A stretch of 64,000 nt of DNA from an uncultured bacterium (GTDB lineage Bacteria > CAYUVA01). The position numbers and the translations under genes were made by a program. Location of the stretch: NCBI GenBank assembly GCA_964448115.1, contig CAYUVA010000019.1:1-64000 (forward strand), read 5' to 3'. Below, piece after piece: positions 59,574 through 64,000 of this stretch. Under the pieces are notes generated by a model. It worked only from the letters and a program-made list of their open reading frames with translations, did no database searches and was not told where the DNA came from. Each line of letters begins with the position of its first letter. Within the stretch, counting starts at the first letter, position 1.

Positions 59574-61061
59574 ATGTCTAATACACAGGTACGAACCCGC
59601 TTTGCGCCATCGCCGACTGGGCATCTGCACATCGGTGGAGCCAGAACCGCCCTTTTCAATTGGCTCTTTACCCGTAAAATGGGGGGCAACTTTATTCTGC
59701 GCATCGAAGATACTGATCTAAAACGTTCAACCGAGGAGTCGATCCAAGAGATTATAAGCGCGCTTCGCTGGCTGGGATTAGATTGGGACGAGGGACCGGA
59801 TATCGGCGGCGAGTTCGCCCCTTATCGACAGAGCCAAAGGCTCGATAAATACCAGGCAGCAGCCGAAAAGCTACTCGAAAAAGGCTCCGCTTATCATTGC
59901 TTCTGCGAGGGGAGCCGTTTTACCACCAAAGAGGAGCTATCCAGGCTGGCTGCCAGCGGCGAAAAGCTCTGCCAGTGCCACGAATTGAGCACGGAGCAGG
60001 TGCAGCAGAAAATCGAGGCTGGGAAGGTCCCAGCGGTGCGTTTCAGGGTCGATCCCGCTCGGAGAATCGAGTTCATCGATACACTACGCGGGCATGTCGA
60101 GTTCAAACCTGGCACTATCGAGGATTTTATCATACTCAAATCGGACAGGATGAATGGATACGCCATCCCTACATATAACTTTGGCGCCGTGGTCGATGAT
60201 GTCGATATGAGGATAACTCATGTAATTCGGGGGGATGATCATATCTCTAATACCCCTCGCCAGATATTGCTTTACGAGGCGCTCGAATACCCGATACCAA
60301 ACTTCGCACATGTGCCGATGATCCTCGGCGAGGATGGCACCAGACTGAGCAAACGACACGGAGCTGCCTCGATCCAGGAATTCAAGGAGCAGGGATACAT
60401 TCAGCAGGCTATGATCAACTTCCTGGTGCTGCTTGGCTGGGCTTACGATGATAAACAGACCCTCTTTACGCTCGATGAGCTTATCGAGAAGTTCGAGCTT
60501 AGGCGGATAAGCTCCAATCCAGCGCGCCTGAACCTTCAGAAGCTTGACTGGATGAACCAGGTCTATCTTAAAGAGATGCCTGCTGATCAGCGCACCCGCC
60601 TGGCTATACCGTTTCTGATCAAAGCCGGGCTGTTCGATGAGCGATATGCTAAAGAGCATTTCGACTATATAGTCCAGGTGATCCAGGCAATCGGAGATCG
60701 CCTGAAGAGGCTCACCGATGCAGCACCGCTGGGTCGATTCCTGTTCGTTGAGGATATCGAGTACGATGAAAAGGCATTGAAAAAGCACCTGGGCAGCGAG
60801 GATAAACGAGCCTTATTGGCTGAGTTGATCCATCGCCTGGAGAAGGTTGAGCCATTCGATATGGCAACCATCGAGCGCATCATCAAGGATTTCATTAAGG
60901 AAAAAGGTATCGGGATGGGCAAGGCGATACAGCCTCTGCGCGTTGCTTTGACCGGCAGCGCAGTCAGCTTCGGCATCTACGAGATCCTCACCCTGCTAGG
61001 CAGGGAGCGAATGGAAAAAAGGGTAAAAAAACTACTTGACAAGATCGGGTTTGAGACCTAA
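59574..61061 (+). CDS. gltX: Glutamate--tRNA ligase
   Basis: RFAPSPTG.LHIGG, LRIEDTD, THVIRGDDH, LSKRHG. Confidence 0.97.
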   Translation: MSNTQVRTRFAPSPTGHLHIGGARTALFNWLFTRKMGGNFILRIEDTDLKRSTEESIQEIISALRWLGLDWDEGPDIGGEFAPYRQSQRLDKYQAAAEKLLEKGSAYHCFCEGSRFTTKEELSRLAASGEKLCQCHELSTEQVQQKIEAGKVPAVRFRVDPARRIEFIDTLRGHVEFKPGTIEDFIILKSDRMNGYAIPTYNFGAVVDDVDMRITHVIRGDDHISNTPRQILLYEALEYPIPNFAHVPMILGEDGTRLSKRHGAASIQEFKEQGYIQQAMINFLVLLGWAYDDKQTLFTLDELIEKFELRRISSNPARLNLQKLDWMNQVYLKEMPADQRTRLAIPFLIKAGLFDERYAKEHFDYIVQVIQAIGDRLKRLTDAAPLGRFLFVEDIEYDEKALKKHLGSEDKRALLAELIHRLEKVEPFDMATIERIIKDFIKEKGIGMGKAIQPLRVALTGSAVSFGIYEILTLLGRERMEKRVKKLLDKIGFET

Positions 61062-61064
61062 ATT
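61036..61064 (+). promoter_or_regulatory. sigma70 promoter overlapping the gltX 3' end
   Basis: TTGACA-17 nt-TAAATT. Confidence 0.7.
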
Positions 61065-61070
61065 AGATAG

Positions 61071-61195
61071 TAGAGGCGCCTTTGAGGTTGTGTCGTATTC
61101 GATATATCGAAACACACGGTGAGGAAACTTAAGCTGTATGGAAACTAACCCGGTTTCCCCGTCTTGAGAGCATTCTTAGGGCGGGGAGATTTTTT
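61071..61195 (+). ncRNA. Candidate structured sRNA or cis-regulatory leader, family not recognised
   Basis: Lies between a promoter and a terminator; several hairpins including TTCGATATATCGAA and TGAG-GAAA-CTTA. Confidence 0.45.
61154..61195 (+). terminator. Intrinsic terminator-like hairpin that also covers the RBS of the next gene
   Basis: 16-bp stem tttccccgtcttgaga/tcttagggcggggaga (with G-U pairs), loop gcat, then T6 immediately before ATG 61196. Confidence 0.75.
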
Positions 61196-62260
61196 ATGCA
61201 CCAGCAGATCGCATACCGTTTTTATGAGCCTGGAGACGAGGAGGCTATAAACGAGCTTTTTAGGCGGGTTTATTCAAGAAAACGCAGCATCGAAGAGTGG
61301 AGCTGGAAGTTCTTTTCTCTGCCCATTTCTGAACCTATCATCGGGCTTGCCTTCACCAGCGATGATCACCTGGTGGGTCATTATAGCATCATCCCGTTTA
61401 AGTTTAACTTTATGAATAATGATATCATCGCTTGGCAGATCGTTGATATAATGGTTGATGAGCGCTATCGAGGGCGGGACATCTTTCAGAACCTGGTGAA
61501 GATGGTTACCCGGCAAAGCCTGAAACGAGGAGCAAAGTTCCATTATGGCTATCCCAATCGGGTATCGCTCCCCATCGGCAAGGCAAAGTTCGGCTGGGAG
61601 ACTGTTTTTGAGATACCCATCTTTTGCAAGTACCTGGGTTTCGATTATCTCAATAAAAAAAACATACCCATCGTTGGTGGATTGTTCGATCGTTTCTATC
61701 TTAGACCTGGCTTAAAGAAATGCCAAAGCGTACTTAATCAATCCAGCTATCGTCTGCAAAGAATAGACGATTTCAGTGGGCTGGCAGGCAGCGATCTGTT
61801 CGAGCAACTGCGCGAGAATTCTCCTATCTGCACTGTACGCAATGCGGAATTCCTTGAGCAAAGGTACATGAAACATCCCCATAAGGAATATATTAGCCTG
61901 GCAGCTAGTACCGATGAGGAATCGATGGGATATGTCATCCTTGGCGAGGGGGAGGAGGATAAAGGTGCTCTCTACATAGCTGACATATTCAGCATTGATC
62001 GACCATGCATGCAAAGCATGCTTGCACAGGTTATACTTTATGCTTATGAGAAGGGCTATGGAGCGCTGAAGTGCTGGGGAGCACCAGGAGCATTGGGCAA
62101 GAAACTTGAATATTTTGCACAAGCATTTGGATTTGTTAAAAGACATAGCGGGATCGTTCAAGAGGTTTTTTTGTTGAATACTTTGAGCGATAAGGAACGA
62201 AAATATCTATTGAACCCAGCGAATTGGTACATAACGAGGGGAGACTCGGATACAATATAA
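61196..62260 (+). CDS. GNAT-family N-acetyltransferase (tandem GNAT)
   Basis: W.WKF...P, LVGHY, DIMVDERYRGR.IF, YGYPN, C-terminal WYITRGDSD. Confidence 0.85.
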   Translation: MHQQIAYRFYEPGDEEAINELFRRVYSRKRSIEEWSWKFFSLPISEPIIGLAFTSDDHLVGHYSIIPFKFNFMNNDIIAWQIVDIMVDERYRGRDIFQNLVKMVTRQSLKRGAKFHYGYPNRVSLPIGKAKFGWETVFEIPIFCKYLGFDYLNKKNIPIVGGLFDRFYLRPGLKKCQSVLNQSSYRLQRIDDFSGLAGSDLFEQLRENSPICTVRNAEFLEQRYMKHPHKEYISLAASTDEESMGYVILGEGEEDKGALYIADIFSIDRPCMQSMLAQVILYAYEKGYGALKCWGAPGALGKKLEYFAQAFGFVKRHSGIVQEVFLLNTLSDKERKYLLNPANWYITRGDSDTI

Positions 62261-62354
62261 TCAATTTTATGGCAAGATCTGCATACCACGAACCAGGAGA
62301 TCGAGGCAGTCAGGGATGACTTCGAGGAGATCTTCGCATCTATTCCACCTTGCG

Positions 62355-62412
62355 TTTTTTGCACTCTTTGCGTCTTTGCGTGAGATTCCTTTCCTCCCTC
62401 GCGGCTTACGCG
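62355..62412. repeat. ctttgcgtctttgcgtga-type intergenic repeat
   Basis: 62365-62383 is the exact reverse complement of 47302-47320. Confidence 0.7.
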
Positions 62413-62417
62413 TATTT

Positions 62418-64000
62418 CTACCTGAACTCGAAGCGGAACTTTAGTTCGCCGCCGAAATTGCCCAGCTCGTTGCGCTTGCCCACCAGCACCATGTTGTCGG
62501 AAACCTCGTATTCTAGCATTATCAGCGATGACTTGTTGGAGCCCATCTGCGTGGAATAGAGCACATAAATATTATCAGCCAACTTTTTCCCAACCGTCAG
62601 CCTCGCTGCTGTCATGCCGCTAGATTGCTCTGTCTCGGCTACTGGCTCTATTCGGAAGCGATCCAAGCCGATCATCTGTGCACGTTTCTCTATCTGATTG
62701 GTCAGGTAAGCAGAAGCTAGCGAGGCAGCCTGGGTGGCCATGGTGGCGTTCCCGGATTCTCCTTTGAGGCTCTCCATTGTCTTGCCAGTAAAAAGCAGCG
62801 CAAAGCGATCCACCTCTGGCATTGCCGGGTCGCTGTCCAGGTTGACCATGAAGTTGGTGTAATAGCTGCCGCTTACGCTCAGGGTTAGCCTTACATTGTC
62901 AATGATACTGGTAGCCCTGAAATCGACCGTCGGGTTTATCTTGACCGGGTCGATGAAGTCAACCACTGCCGATTCGATGGTGAACTCGTTGTTCCACAGG
63001 ATCAACTTTCCCTTGCTCGCCTCGATTCGCCCGAAGATGCGCGGTGAGTCGGTAGTTCCCTGCACCATAAGATCCGCATCCATATACATATTAGCCACAT
63101 CGTTATCGATTATTATGCTCTGGGGAGCGAGTATATGGATATTGAGTCGCGGGTTGAAACCGCCGCTTTTCGCCTTTTCCTCGCTCACTCGCCGAGCGGT
63201 TACTATGCTCATGCCGGACTCGAAGATCATGTAATTGGGATTGATATCCTTGGTGATGCGCAGGCGGTCGATGTTGACCTCCCCTCCTATGTTCATATCC
63301 TCAAGGTTGCCGATTATGTTTAGCTTGGCGTGGCTTTTGATAGAGAGCACCTGTGGCTGGCGGATGCTTATATCCTTTGCCTCAACGATAATATCAACAA
63401 AATCAAGCTTAGCGCCATCGAGATTGATGAACCCACTGGTAGAGATATTACCTCCCCCTAAACTCGCCCCCAGTTCCTTGATATTAACCTGATTGCCATC
63501 AAAGGTGATGTTCCCCTTGAGATTCTTTACCATCTCCGGGAAGCCGATGTACTTGAAGGAGCAGTCATCGAAGGTGATGTTCCCAAAATACTGTGGCGTT
63601 TTAGTCGCACCGCTCAGCCGCATCTTGGCATTTATCACCCCCTCGGTAGCGCCGATGCTCTCCACGAACAGCCCAGCTATATCGAGCTTGATGTTAGAGC
63701 TTGCGGTCAGGTCAGCAGATCCCTCCAGATCTGCGCTCCCGGATAGGGACAAATCGATATAATCGCCCCTAAGGTGGAATGAATCGATCACCATGCGGTT
63801 ATCCTTGAGCGATACCACCAGTGGTTGCGGATTGTTTATGCCTAGGTTCATATAATTGAAGTTCAGGTCGCTTATATTAAGCTGCGCGGTCAGGTCTTTT
63901 ATCTCCAAAAGCTTCCCGTGTACTGATACAACCCCCTGTATGCTTCCTCTAGGCAGCGAGGAGCTTGTATCCAGAGCCATTGCAGCCAGCGGCGCAAGAT
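62418..64000 (-). CDS. tamB: Translocation and assembly module TamB/AsmA-like protein, 5' end outside the window
   Basis: Beta-taco repeats; DUF490-like C-terminus (ADL.V.GT...P.I.G, L.SDP.MPE.D..ALL..G, TVGKKL...YV.Y, LEYEVS, FRFEF). Confidence 0.85.
   Translation of the reverse strand, partial: LAPLAAMALDTSSSLPRGSIQGVVSVHGKLLEIKDLTAQLNISDLNFNYMNLGINNPQPLVVSLKDNRMVIDSFHLRGDYIDLSLSGSADLEGSADLTASSNIKLDIAGLFVESIGATEGVINAKMRLSGATKTPQYFGNITFDDCSFKYIGFPEMVKNLKGNITFDGNQVNIKELGASLGGGNISTSGFINLDGAKLDFVDIIVEAKDISIRQPQVLSIKSHAKLNIIGNLEDMNIGGEVNIDRLRITKDINPNYMIFESGMSIVTARRVSEEKAKSGGFNPRLNIHILAPQSIIIDNDVANMYMDADLMVQGTTDSPRIFGRIEASKGKLILWNNEFTIESAVVDFIDPVKINPTVDFRATSIIDNVRLTLSVSGSYYTNFMVNLDSDPAMPEVDRFALLFTGKTMESLKGESGNATMATQAASLASAYLTNQIEKRAQMIGLDRFRIEPVAETEQSSGMTAARLTVGKKLADNIYVLYSTQMGSNKSSLIMLEYEVSDNMVLVGKRNELGNFGGELKFRFEFR

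Noticed and set aside
61128-61190. Group II intron domain V/VI remnant or hammerhead ribozyme
   Set aside because: AGCTGTATG..GAAA is only superficially like domain V, the stem geometry does not fit, and there is no CUGAnGA core
62261-62345. Possible gene fragment after the GNAT gene
   Set aside because: Too short, with no RBS or recognisable motif
1-64000. CRISPR array
   Set aside because: No run of equal repeats with unique spacers and no cas genes; the repeats seen are coding repeats or short tandem units

Overview
Bacterial chromosomal window (about 50% GC by eye), probably from a diderm because it encodes a TonB-dependent receptor and TamB. Housekeeping genes (ssrA/tmRNA, tRNA-CAT, tilS, purD, rmlACB, dgt, cobB, ltaE, tdh, recO, scpAB, gltX, tamB) are interleaved with many large secreted modular hydrolases. 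Main observations: (1) an unnamed domain of about 100 aa (GY[MW]x[TS]x[LI]...PxLx[VC]) joined by Pro/Thr linkers to four unrelated secreted proteins, three times C-terminal and once N-terminal, a candidate new surface-sorting or docking module; (2) a roughly 4 kb AT-rich glycosylation island between 194-bp direct repeats that duplicate the promoter, RBS and first 13 codons of a host TPR gene, where one extra A in an A-run would fuse that start to the island glycosyltransferase; (3) an orphan IetS-like S8 protease behind dgt with no AAA partner in the window; (4) an operon pairing a degenerate purple acid phosphatase with a kinase-ATPase-TPR protein that ends in a degenerate SpoIIE-like domain; (5) a promoter-driven structured RNA with terminator/antiterminator logic after gltX; (6) dispersed short-period intergenic repeats. 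No CRISPR array, integrase, transposase or reverse transcriptase was seen. All calls are by-eye motif recognition; no searches were run.
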